Assembly (NCBI GenBank): GCA_028534125.1
Contig: CM052816.1
Location: 97,094,001-97,158,000 of the forward strand
Direction of reading: 5' to 3'
Origin: Lama glama
Lineage: Eukaryota
DNA: 64,000 bases
The notes beneath the pieces were generated by a model. The model had not been told where the DNA came from. It searched no databases and saw only the letters and a program-made list of their open reading frames with translations. A program made the position numbers and the translations under genes. How positions within the stretch are numbered: position 1 is the stretch's first letter; each line of letters starts with the position of its first letter. This document shows positions 1 through 11,259 of this stretch, piece after piece.

Positions 1-459
1 AGACACGTGGCTGAACACGGATTCCAGGTGGGGCGACAGAATCAACTTATTCACAAATACTGTGTGTTTCAGTATCGGACTAGCAGATGCAGTTGGCGAG
101 CTACCGTATTTTCCAGAAAAGAACATGCACCGGAAGATAATATACACCCCCTAGTTTTATTGCCTTAAGAATTTGTGTTTGCTTCACCTCTCATCTCGGT
201 TAGTTCTCTGAATGCTTTTCTCCCCAAAAGCGCACTCGTTTCCCTCTTGCTTAGGAATAAGCACAGTGCAAGTGGCAGAGAGACCTTGGCACACATCAGA
301 CACCGAACGGTACGCCACCGGGTGGCAGGGAGGAGTCTGCAAAGGCTCCGGAGGACAGAACAGAGCACGCACATCACAAACGAGGGACAGACTCGCAGTC
401 AGAAAGTGCATTGTAGCTTCCTGAAAATACAGTCTTCTTGCCGAAGTGAAGGCGACGCT
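1..459 (-). other. ADCY2: ADCY2 3' UTR (start; probably continues beyond the left edge)
   Basis: Lies directly after the TGA stop at 460-462 in the terminal exon. Confidence 0.85.
156..161 (-). terminator. Candidate proximal polyadenylation signal AATAAA
   Basis: Plus-strand TTTATT at 156-161 reads AATAAA on the gene strand, about 300 nt after the stop. A GU/U-rich stretch follows (GCATGTTCTTTTCT). Confidence 0.4.
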
Positions 460-612
460 TCAGGATGCCAGGTTGCTCTGGGAAAGGGACCTTGACATCT
501 CTGTGTTCACAAAGTACGTCTTCAGCTCCCCCTTTCCTTTCACGTTGATGATTCCTCGGCACGTGCATGTGTACCCCAGGGTCTGCAGGACGAGGCTGGT
601 CTCCTCCGTGAC
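460..612 (-). CDS. ADCY2: Adenylate cyclase 2, terminal coding exon (exon 25 equivalent)
   Basis: Translates VTEETSLVLQTLGYTCTCRGIINVKGKGELKTYFVNTEMSRSLSQSNLAS*. AG acceptor at 613-614; 153 nt; contains the cyclase VKGKG motif. Confidence 0.97.
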   Translation of the reverse strand, partial: VTEETSLVLQTLGYTCTCRGIINVKGKGELKTYFVNTEMSRSLSQSNLAS

Positions 613-3600
613 CTAGAGGCACAGGGACAAACGAAGACGTGCTCAGTGCCGGTGTGGTCACGACCCTTCCCAAGGTCGTCTGACCACAAGGACAAGGAGC
701 CCCGAAGTGTTCACGTTCTTTGACCCATTCATTCTACTCCTGAGAATTAGGAGAAGAGGTAACAGTCGAGGAGCAGGAAAGCTTTCTGAGGTCGATGTTT
801 AACTCAGTGCTGTGACAGACAAAGACTGGCAGCAGTCAACCCCCAGTCATCTCGAGGCCAAGTGAACTACGATGCTATCGTGATCGACATCCCGGATCTG
901 ACGCTGAAATCATATCGAATTATTTCACCCCCCAAAAGAACTAAGCCAGGGTCCACTAAGCTATGATTTTAACCACGTGAAGATGATGCACTTACACATA
1001 AGAGAGCTGGAATAAAAAGAGTGAATCAAACTATGTTAAAGCGGTGGGGTTTTGGATGATGCTCACAAATTGTTACGAACGTCATTTCGTGAAATAATAA
1101 ATATTCATAATGGATTTTAATACAGATGAAACACACGAGAGACAGCACCATCAACTCTGCACACGGCCACGTGTTTCGGGCTTAATGTACGTGAATGAAA
1201 TGAGCTAAAACTGGAAGAATGCTGGGACCTCGCATCAGCCTTAGTGTGGGCGGGATGCTGTGTCAGGTCTGGAAAGTTCCCTCATCTCACTGGACTGGCT
1301 CAGGATGCTGGGACGCCGAAAGCAGTGAGCCCCTCCCGTGCAACCTGTCAGTGTGACAAGACTCCTGTTCCCCTGCCCCTGCGCCAGAAGGCAAGGACCC
1401 CACTGCTGCGTGACGTTCCGGTCCCGCTGGGTCGGTGGGCAGTGAGCCTTGCTGGGGGGCGGCTCCTCTCCCTGGGGCGGGGGGATGGGTGGTCCCGACC
1501 CTTTCACTGCCTTCAGCTTGGGCATGCGCTGTGTTCTCCTTGGAAGACCACGTCTGGGGACCAAGAGCAGGCCTGCCTGGGGTCTGTCTGTTTGCGTGTC
1601 ACAGGAGCCTCCTAAAAAAGACATCATCTAAGCAGAGAACACACGCGGTGTACAGACTCGGCTACGAATAAGACCTCAGCTTCGGAGGAGAGGGTCCACC
1701 TGCGGGAACATAGTTCCTTTCCAGGCCCCCCAGGAGGTATCTGGGTCTTGAGCAGAGAAGGACGGAGCTTTTTCCAGAAATCCTGGTAATGCTGCTTTGG
1801 AAGCATGTGAAAAAGTAGAGAGGGGAGAGACTTCCTCCCACTTCATCAGAGAAAACAGACATGGCACCTGTGGGGCCTGGCCACCTCGGACACGCGGGTG
1901 ACACACATGCGCTGGGCAGGCTACGCCACGATTTTGGTTTTGGTGTGGACACTGTTGGGGGCCAGGCAGTGGTGGGAGAGCGGCAGCAGTGGTGAGCCAG
2001 CCCCTCGGAGGCTGAGAGAGGCCTGGAGGACAGACACTGTCACGGGGCAGAGGCCCAAGCACATCCAAGTCAGAGCAGGGCTGGGCTTACCAGAACCCCG
2101 GACAGCATCCCGGGGCCCCCGGAAGGAAGGCTGAAGTGTGCACTGTGAGGATCTCAAGGGCAGGCTCAGGGAAAGAGCTAGAAAAATCTACGTCTTCCGC
2201 AGTGTGACCCAGCGGCTAGCCCCTAGCAAGGGGGCCCAAGTGTGGGTCTTTCTGAGCAGGAAGGAAACGGGGGACACAAATGCCAGGTGCTTAAGTCCTG
2301 CCCTTCCCTGGCTGGGTGCAGGTCTCGGGGGAGGACAGGTGGCTCGGGAACATTAGATAAGAGCTGACAAAAAAATGGAGAGTCAAGAAACTCGGAAGAC
2401 AAACACGTTCTCGAGATTAGAGCTCTTAGGCGGCAATCAGAGTTAGAGACTTCTACAGGCAGTTGACTCCCGGCCTTCCAGGCGGAGCACTCACAGCGTC
2501 TGGAGGTTAATTCTGCAGTGAGGTGGGTGCTGAGCACGGCCCTTGGCATTTTGGAGCCATCGGAACTGGTAGCTCCGACCACAGAGCTACTGTGACGCAG
2601 GGAGGTGGGAGCCACCTCCCCGCTAATCACCAGCGATCATTCCTCCAAGTCCGGGGGGGCCTGGCGGGGCAGCAAGGGGCTTTCTAGGCTGTGTTTTGGG
2701 CACAGAAAGCCTGGTGGGAGTGTAACGTTCTCTAATAAAAAGACCCTGTTCCACAGGCCCAGGAGACACTTTTAATATCCTCAGCAACGTTTTTTATTTC
2801 TCCTGGCATCTCACCTCCTTTTTTTTGCACGTAAATGGACATGAGAGGCTACTGGAGCGAGAGTGAGCTACACCCTCAGGAGGGAAAAAACCGACCCGGA
2901 TGCAGGCCCTCTGGCTCTGAGCTGAGTGAGCACAGGCCTGCGGCACCCCTCGCCCTGGACCAGTAAAAAGCTGTCTCATGTCCTCTGGGGGCTCGGAGCG
3001 CACCGAGACGGTCCGGTGGCCGCACCGCACTAAATCACACGGAGCCGTGTGACGTCCAGTTTCCCCTTAGGGACGCACTGGGCTCCAGCTCAGCTTCAAC
3101 GTTGACCTGTAGCGGATTTACGATCTCCAGGAGGGAGCGCTCCCCTGGCCAGCCTCTCTTCAATCGCTGTGGGTACGAATCCCAAGTGCTGGACAACTGC
3201 CTGGAGGTTGTGAAGCAGGTGCAAACGTTCGTCCATCTTCTGAACGCTCCCGGTGTGTGGCGGGGGCCCAGGCTGGCCCGCAGGTGGGAGGGTGTATTCT
3301 CGGTGGGAGCAGCCAGTCTCCCCACCAGACGTCAGGCCCGGGTGGGCCGAGGTTGCTGGAGCGTCCCTGGGTCCCCGGAGGGCCAGGGGTGTCCGTGCAG
3401 AAAGCCCCCTTAGAGGAGCCCCGTTTCCACGGAGAGCTTGGTCTGGGTGGGCAGAGTTGTCTGTTTCTTGGCGGTGCCACCCCGGCTGAGAAGGCCGGGG
3501 CACTTCTCCTCCTCCCCCCATGACTCCTCTTTCTCTCTCTCCCTTCTCTTTGTTGGGCGGTTGCTGACTTTTCAGCAGCTGTTGACTAATACTCCGGCTG

Positions 3601-4045
3601 GAAGGTGAACACCCGGAAGTCACGTTGGTCACCTTCCATAGAGAATTAAAACAAGGCAAGAAGAAGGTCCCAGCAAGAGACTCCTCTTGGAGGGATGAAC
3701 GGAGCCCCGTGAAGAGCGAGCGGGTTAAGTGGAGGTTTAACGAAGAGCCCATTCACGGTGGCACTGAGACTGACGGATTCCCGCGGAAGCTAACAGTTGG
3801 CTCTGGCGTCCGCATAACTTCAGGAGGCAAGGTTATTTGAGGACACCGGCCAAGCTGAGGCCCAGGACAGGGACTCAAGTTCTCTGAAGAGGACAAGAAA
3901 CTGATAGAGCCTGTTACCTGTGTCCAGTGATTTTCTTACAAATTTGCCACTTGGCAGGAATTTATCTTCCAGAATTCAGCATAGCTGGGGTGAAATGTGG
4001 AACCAGTCATTTTTGAAGGCGAGGCAAATAGAAAGTTCAGCATAG

Positions 4046-4076
4046 ACACACTCACACACACACACACACACACACA
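4046..4076. repeat. (CA)n microsatellite
   Basis: Direct reading. Confidence 0.9.
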
Positions 4077-4691
4077 AATACATCCTTCTCATTTGGAGAG
4101 TGAGGGTCTTGTCCTAGGTGTCTGGCACCGTGCCCCCAAGCAGGTACATGCCATCACTGCTGATTTAATTTGTCAGATCTTGGCTTTCTCTCCCTCGGGT
4201 GGATTCCAGAGCTTTCCAGGCATTTCCAGATATCCAAACCCCATGCTAGTCCGATCTAGTTGCACCATTCACATCACTCCATTTTGTCTCTCCCTCCCCC
4301 TGGCTGGTCCCTCTACTCACCCTCCCACTCCAGCCCCCACCCCGGGAGAGAGGAAGGCAGGTCATGTCTGGCTCTGGTTACACCAAGGGGCTGGGGCCGG
4401 GAGAAGGAACAGGACAGAAGGGCTTCAGCACCGCACCTCCCCGCAGGCTGCCTCGCAAGTCACGTGACCATTTACTGTCACAAATGCAATAACCTTCATA
4501 CTATTACACAGTGTTTCTCGTTAACAGTTAATGCGGAAACTAATTAATATTTTCCCCAATACAAAGTTAAAGTCAATTTCAAGGTCTACTTTCTTTCCTT
4601 TGTTATAAAATATCGTTATCCTCACTGCATACTTACTCCTGGTTCCCAAGAGCACAGACATGGCTGATGATGACCGAGCGGAGGGAATTAC

Positions 4692-4816
4692 CTGTATTTT
4701 GTCCAGGACGCCGGTGCTGTCCATTCTGCTGGCCACGTTTACGGTGTTGCCCCAGATGTCATATTGCGGCTTCTGAGCGCCAATGACACCAGCTATTACA
4801 GGTCCATGGTTAATAC
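4692..4816 (-). CDS. ADCY2: ADCY2 exon 24 equivalent (C2 catalytic domain)
   Basis: (G)[43 protein letters not shown] at 4817-4818, GT donor at 4690-4691; 125 nt. Contains the class III cyclase [15 protein letters not shown] signature (adenine-specifying Asp, catalytic Asn and Arg). Confidence 0.98.
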
Positions 4817-5204
4817 CTGTGACACAGCAGAGCCAGGTGGACAAGTGCAGATCATGAATTTGACAGTTTATCTATCTTAAACAGGATAGTTTTATGAGAC
4901 CATCCCTGAACCATTATTACCAAGCAAACGTTAGCTCAGCTCGCGGAACTCTGAAACAAGGAAAAATAATTCCTCTAACTTTATCATCATCTCAAAAACA
5001 TGAAAATATGTCTTTTTTCCCTTTTCCACCTTGATTCATGCTTCTATGACTATTTATCATTATTCCATAAGAGCATACAATTGGTATACTTTAAAAATGA
5101 ACGTTATGATACATTGTTTTCTATGTTGCCGCATAATCTCAGGCAAGAGATGATCATTGTATTCTTTCCCAATATTGCAGTTAATTGATACTGAAATGCG
5201 CATA

Positions 5205-5349
5205 TTTTAATTTAATTTAATCTTTTGGGGGGAGGTAGTTAGGTTTATTTATGTATTTATTCTAATTTTTTTAATGGAGGTACTGGGGACTGAACCCAGG
5301 ACCTCCTGCCTGCTGAGCGCATGAGCACCACTGAGCTCTCCCCTCCCCT
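5205..5349 (-). mobile_element. tRNA-derived SINE, camelid vic-1-like
   Basis: Minus strand has a tRNA-like head (AGCTCAGTGG ... GGGTTCAGTCCCCAGTACCTCC), then the AAACCTAACTACCTCCCC segment and an A-rich tail. Matches five other copies in the window. Confidence 0.8.
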
Positions 5350-5721
5350 CTCAGGTGTTAATTTAAACAGCTACACCGAGTACACTCCACATTTATTGGC
5401 CATCCTGCCACGGCTGGACTTCTGGACACTCTCCAACGTTTCGCTGAAATGACTACCACCCTCCTGACACCAGTGCTGCCCTGTCTACTTGCCACGCGTT
5501 CTTCCAGGGGCTTTACTTCTAATTCTCCCAGCAGCCCTGGGGTACAATCTGTTAGCATCACTCCCCACTGTTACAGATCGGAGGCAAAGCTTCCTCTTTG
5601 TGATGGAAAGGGAGGCAGGAGACACAGTCCCAACACCGTTCCACAAAATCCCTGAAGGTACCCAGGGCGGGAGAAAGCGGTTCTCCCTTGCTTTTGTGGC
5701 GTACTCAATACATCTGCCATC

Positions 5722-5812
5722 TCTGCTTCTGACAGCCCGAATAATGCATTCCAGCTGCTGGCCAGTGACCACAGCCCCTGCTGCCCTAGGCTTTCCCTCT
5801 GGCTGCTCAGAG
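5722..5812 (+). repeat. Left arm of a 91-bp inverted repeat (partner 7204-7294)
   Basis: Manual alignment to the reverse complement of 7204-7294 gives 87/91 identity with no gaps. Confidence 0.95.
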
Positions 5813-6335
5813 TCCCGCTCGGTCAGCGGCTTGGGACCGGGGGAGAGAGCCTGGGACCATATTGCTGGCAAGCAGTGGTCTCTACTTAAGTGCAGGAGTG
5901 TGCTTGATTTGTGGTTCCCCCTAACTGACTGAGTCTGCATCTTGACACGCAGAAGAGGACATTAGGAGCGAATTTGGCTCTCGCTATTTGTATCATGGTT
6001 TTGCAGGGGCCCCTGTTACTCTTCTCAGTTCCTACTACGGACTGACACTGGATGGCGCTGTGCATGGAGGTGGAGCAGGGATGTTGCCCCCGAGAGACGC
6101 TGAGGGTTTGGGGAAAGGCAGGCTCAAAGCCCACGGAGACCCTGAACTCAGGATTCCTCAGAAATCTAACAGAGCTGGTTTGTGGGGTGAGTGGTAGATA
6201 TTAACAGTTATGCAATAATCAGTGTAAAGTTAGCACACAGTAAAAAAAACAAAAAAAATTGAAGGAAGTTCACTGAATTCCTCATGTTACTTTGGAAAAT
6301 ATTGTTATGGTCCAGGCCAAGAACACTACGCTCCT

Positions 6336-6518
6336 TTTTAAAAAAATTTTTTTTAAATCGTTATATCTTTTTTGTGTCTTTTTTTGAGGGAGGGTGGGGG
6401 AAGGTAATTAGGTTTTTTAAAACTCACTTATTTATTTAAGAGAAGGTACTGGGGACTGAACTTGGGACCTCATGCTCGCTAAGCAGGCACTCTACTGCTT
6501 GAGCTACACCCTCCCCTC
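6336..6518 (-). mobile_element. tRNA-derived SINE, camelid vic-1-like
   Basis: Same head and tail as the other copies. Degenerate target-site duplication AACACTACGCTCCT / AACACTGTGCTTCT. Confidence 0.8.
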
Positions 6519-7203
6519 AAACACTGTGCTTCTGATGAGACAAATGTGACGAGCAAAGAATTGTCCTGTTCCCCCTCCCTTGCCATGAAGGCCAATGCTA
6601 TCTTGGTCCACACATATTTAACAAAAGTGGGGTGATTCTGGCATGCAATAGATTTTTTTTAATTTAAGGAGGGCACTATGAAAGTTTAAGGAGCCCATTT
6701 TCCAAGTTGTTAAAATAAGAAGCTCCAGGGTGGAAGGGACACCTCTGTGTCCGACGGGGACAGCAGGCTAACGGGGCGGTGTCCTGCCCGCCTGGCCCTT
6801 CCCACCTTTGTACACCGTGCAGCCCGGGGAAAGGTCCACTGTGCACACGGGTGAGGAGGCATAAGTAAAAGTGTGTTCAGAGGCTGACAATCAATAGGAC
6901 ATACGTGCAGTGAAGAGAATCCCACTCGCTCAAGAGATGTAAACTACTTCTGGGTTTTAAAAAAATTCAGAACATATGCACAGCTAAGGAAGAACACAGC
7001 TCTACATACTGAGATTTTTTTAAAGTTGAGATCTGCATGCAAGAGAAGTGAAAAGCCATTCAGATCGAATTTGTTAACAGAACTACTCTTATGTGGACTT
7101 GCTTTCAGAAGGAGCAAAATATGTGGCCAAGAACAGCATAAAATGGTCAAAGAAGCTCTTACAAATCACGAGTGCCTGTAAGTGACCGTGCAAATGTCAC
7201 TTC

Positions 7204-7294
7204 CTCTGAGCAGCCAGAGGAAAAGCCTAGGGCAGCAGGGGCTGTGGTCACTGGCCAGCAGCTGGAATACATTATTTGGGATGTCAGAAGCAGA
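7204..7294 (-). repeat. Right arm of a 91-bp inverted repeat (partner 5722-5812)
   Basis: Reverse complement matches 5722-5812 at 87/91. Also visible as near-identical peptides SSCWPVTTAPAALGF in opposite-strand ORFs of the track. Confidence 0.95.
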
Positions 7295-7416
7295 CCTGAG
7301 CGTTTAAAACACACTGTGTTTTTGTATAGACATTTGTAAAAGTTGAGGCATGAAACATGGTCAAGAGTCAACTTAAAGAAAAGGAAGAACTTATTTGAAT
7401 TAAAAACCATCTTCAT

Positions 7417-7555
7417 TTAGTTTTTATTCATTTAATTTTGGGGGGGAGGTATTTATTTATTTATTTATTTGTTTAAATGGAAAGACTGGGGATTGAACCC
7501 AGGACCTCGTGCATGCTAAGCACGTGCTCTACCACTGAGCTATAATCTCCCACTC
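7417..7555 (-). mobile_element. tRNA-derived SINE, camelid vic-1-like
   Basis: GGGGATTGAACCCAGGACCTCGTGCATGCTAAGCACGTGCTCTACCACTGAGCTA on the plus strand, with a (TTTA)n tail. Confidence 0.85.
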
Positions 7556-7707
7556 TTTGAATTTTTTTTGGAAGAAAGTTGGCTTTTTCTCTCAAATTTG
7601 AATATTCAATGTGAAAACCGCTAGGTATGTTAAGACTTTAGAACACAGTTGGTGTTCTTGTAGGCTGTGACCCCAGGGTGACTGTCCCAACAGTTTCTAA
7701 GGTGAAT

Positions 7708-7856
7708 CTGTTCCTTCCTTTCTTCCTTCCTTCTTTCCTTTCCTTTTTTTCCTTTCCTTTCTTCTTTCTTTCTTTCTCTCTCTCTTCTTCCTTCTTTCCT
7801 TTCTCTTCCCTTCCTTCCTTCCTTCTCTTTTCTTTCCCTCCCTCCTTTCTTCTTTG
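7708..7856. repeat. Polypyrimidine/polypurine low-complexity tract (TTCC/TTTC)n
   Basis: About 150 bp of almost pure C/T on the plus strand. Confidence 0.9.
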
Positions 7857-8269
7857 CATTTTGACATCTCTGAAGTCTGGATGCATCCTGCAGCTCATAG
7901 CAGGTTCTAGTTTCATAAATGGTGGAGCGGTTTACAGTCAGTGGCTTCTTCAGCCCCTGGGGATGGCTGAAGGCTGTAGCCCCCATGACTTGCAGAAGGG
8001 ACCCTGGCTGGAGGGACTGAAACCCAGCTCACGGGCCACTTGTGAAACCAAGTGCTCACAGCCTGATGCAACCAAAGGGGGTGCTTCTTTTCTAATTTGC
8101 ACAGAAGTGCCTCCGGGGCTCCTAGCTGCCCTGGGCCCTTGCACCGCCCTCCAGTCCTGCCGCTGTAACGACACATCTGTGCCTGTGCAGCTCCCACACT
8201 GCAAGGATCCTCAGCGTTCCCATGAATTTGTTCCTTCCCGACAGCGGCCCCCAGACCCGCACGACATAC

Positions 8270-8384
8270 CCACTCGCAACTTGAAGTCGTTGAAGGAGTG
8301 CTTGTTGATGGCGTCCAGTTTGGCCACCAGGGCAAAGGCGAACTCCACCATGGTGCCGATGTGCACGTACTGCCTCTCCGGCTC
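8270..8384 (-). CDS. ADCY2: ADCY2 exon 23 equivalent
   Basis: EPERQYVHIGTMVEFAFALVAKLDAINKHSFNDFKLRV(G). AG at 8385-8386, GT at 8268-8269; 115 nt. Phase 1 end matches the start of the next exon. Confidence 0.97.
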
Positions 8385-10874
8385 CTGCAAGAGAGCAGAC
8401 AGCCCACGGGGTTAGGACTCAGCAGGCCGGGGGGCGCCCCCTCCCATCCCAGACAGGCTCCCGTTGGAGGCTGTGTGAGAATGAAGCCTCCAGGCGGCCT
8501 GGAGCCTGGATGCATCTCGCTGGCCCTGGGGAGACGGGGAGCATGAAGACGTTGAGTAGGGCCCACACCGATGACACCCTGAGGAGGGGCTGGCTGCCTG
8601 CCCCGCGCCCGCTGCGCTGGGCCCCGCCTTAGGGAGGCGGCCCTCTGGGTTCCTGTCGGACTTGAGAGGACGGAACACACGCTGTGCGTCTCATGCCGTG
8701 GCTTCTGGGCCGAGTGTCTACTCTCAGCGGGCCCCGGGGTTGCTGAATCAGAGGGGGAGAAAGCTCTCGGGGACGCTGAAGAGGAGGCACCTGGTGACCG
8801 CGGGCGGGGACGGGGGCCTTCTCTGTGGAGGGTGAAGAGAAACACCAACTGTGAGGGCTTCAGGAGCAGAGTGAGAAGGATGACAGGAGATGGAGAAACC
8901 AAGGTGACAGCTGAGAGAAAGAGGACCGCCACAGGGGGGTTATCCCATGGACCCACACAGCATTTCAATGACGCCCGAGAGGATGGGCAGCGCTAAGGCA
9001 AGGTCTCTCACTGCCGACGTTTGGGGGCATTATTCCTTTGGGGGAGTCCTGTGCGCCACAGGATGTGGGGCAGCATCCCTGGCCGCCACCCACTGGTGCC
9101 GAGTAGCACCTCCCCTTCCAGTGTGACAACCGAACTGTCTCCAGACATGGCCCTATGTGCCCTGGGGGACAAAGCTGCTCCCAGCCGAGCACCACTGCAC
9201 TGAATAGTGTAAGTATGAACGGGAAGAGAAACTCAGAGAGCCCCTCCTACCCTCAGGTGAAACGCGTCATTCTAGAAAAAGACAAACCAAATACTGCTGT
9301 CGCCGTAAACCCACAACTTAAATGTCGTGGGAGAAGAACCACAGCATTTAGACAACTCTAAGTGCGAAGCAGACGGTCGGCCGCCTTCGGTGGGCGGGCA
9401 AGGAGTCACTTCTTAGAAGAGTTATGCTTTCCAGCAGAGCTTGCTAGTATTTCCCACCTCACGGCTTAGGGGAGAGACACGTTTGGAGGTTTATGCAGCT
9501 GGTTAGAAAACATTGCTCCTTAATGGGAAGCACGGACTGTTAAATCAGCAGGCGGTAAGAATGCCAACTGTCCTGGCGAGGAGGGCAGATGGGCCGCGGG
9601 AGAAACGGTCTGCGTTTCATATGGAGCCAAGGTGCAGCGAGCAAACTTCACTCCCTGATAAACGGCTGCCCAAGCTGTTCCCACGCGGCAGGAGTAACTG
9701 GCAGGTGTCACGTGACCTCAGTGGTACGTGAGAGGCTGGGCTCTGGGAACGGGGTTTAAATCCAGCGTCACTGACTCGCTTGGGCTCAGGAAACCTAGGG
9801 ACAGTTCTGCTCAGTCTCCAGAAGAGCCCAGTTCAAGTTCAGCTCAAAAAGGCTTCATAACTGAGCTTTTGAGAGATGTTTGGTGACAGTATCAGACTCA
9901 GCGTTTTCTCCCGTGATCCAAATAATTTCTCCCGTTTCCAAATATTTAACTGACTTCCAGCTATACAGTGAGACCACTAATTCAGTTTCCTGGAACACAT
10001 TTTGCAAGCTGTTTGTTTTGGACGCTCGACATGCAAGGAACACAGCTTTTTAAAGTCAATGCATGTTTACTGAGGTTATTTTATAACCCAAGTGACTGGT
10101 GACAACCGAGGGGAAGTGCCCACAGGCCCCTCTCCTGGCCTCTCCTCTCCTCCCTCTCTGCCCCCACTCCATCCAGCAAACGTTCACGGAGGACCTACTA
10201 TGTTGGTGTTTGTCTGATTCTGAAGGTTTAGAACCGCTGTCTACGGAGCACTCGGTTCTTCTGCCTGGGACTCCCGGGAGAATGGCTCGGACCTCACAGC
10301 CCTCTGAAGGAAGTCAGCCCGATCCGGTGAGCTGACTGTCATCGTGAAGATCAGCTCTCCCCTCGGCGCTCAGAACACCTGCGTTTCAGGCACCTTTTGG
10401 AGAACAGGACTGGAATGCACAGCTTCCTGGTGTTTACCAAAACTCAGGGGCATGAAGTAATGTTTATGAAAAGTGGCCTGATTCCTGGGTCATCCATGGA
10501 TTCCTCTACAGTCAACTTGGAATAAGCTGGACACAGTGTTCTCCACCTGATCTCACTCTACCAGAGAATGTATTTGACTAAAATATGCATTAAGGGATGT
10601 TACAGCAAACATCCCTTCCCATTCAATGTGCTAAACCATCTTCCGTGAGGAAGTCACCCAGCACACTGCTCACTACAGACCCGTCCTTATGGTCTTGAGG
10701 GCCTATTTGCTCTAGCATGGGTCAGGTGCCCAGTGGAGCATCCAACTTCAACTTGACTTCACCTCGTTTCCAAATATACTAACGAATGAGTGATCTGATC
10801 GCACTTTATGAACACAAAAACATTGCACTTGTGTTGGCTGCTGGAAATTTCAGAACAATTAATAGGAACAGTGT

Positions 10875-11040
10875 ATGTATGCATGTACTTAATCCTCACA
10901 GTGACACCCATGAAGGTGTGTGTGTCTTTATCCTTATTATGCAGATGGGAGTGGGAAACACACAGAGGGTAGTAACTTGTGTAAGTGGTACAACCAGGCT
11001 TTGCTGCCCGGCAGTCTGACTGCAGGGTCCTCAGTCTTCA
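10875..11040 (-). mobile_element. MIR SINE relic
   Basis: TTAATCCTCACA...CCCATGAAG...ATTATGCAGATGGG...CAGTCTGACTGCAG resembles the MIR core (from recall). Confidence 0.6.
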
Positions 11041-11041
11041 C

Positions 11042-11259
11042 TTACTTTAAATGTAAATGGACTAAATACTCCAATCAAAAGACACAGAGCAACTGATAAG
11101 ATTAAAAACAAACCCATATATATATGCTGCCTACAAGAGACTCACTTCAAATTTAAAGACACATTCAGACTGAAAGTGAGGGCATGGAAAAAGGTGTTCA
11201 GTGCAAATGGAAGTGAAAAGAAAGCTGGGGTGGCTACACTTATGTTAGACAATTAGACT
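11042..11259 (+). mobile_element. Isolated L1 ORF2 endonuclease-domain fragment
   Basis: Begins TTACTTTAAATGTAAATGGACTAAATACTCCAATCAAAAGA (TLNVNGLNTPIKR) and contains TGCTGCCTACAAGAGACTCAC (CCLQETH), both L1 endonuclease motifs. Confidence 0.85.

Noticed and set aside
2600..2620. Hairpin GGGAGGTGG-GAG-CCACCTCCC
   Set aside because: A 9-bp stem is too short for a pre-miRNA and is expected by chance in GC-rich DNA.
4808..4819. AG|GT at the start of exon 24, resembling a recursive splice site
   Set aside because: The GT is dictated by the conserved Gly codon, GTATTA is a poor donor, and the introns are short.
5722..7294. Inverted repeat read as the terminal inverted repeats of a DNA transposon
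   Set aside because: No target-site duplication, no recognisable TIR motif and no transposase remnant in the spacer. Kept as an unexplained inverted duplication instead.
7678..8968. Long ORFs of 245 aa (+) and 351 aa (-)
   Set aside because: They arise from a low-complexity tract and GC-rich, stop-poor sequence. The 351-aa ORF crosses exon 23 in the wrong frame, and neither resembles a protein.
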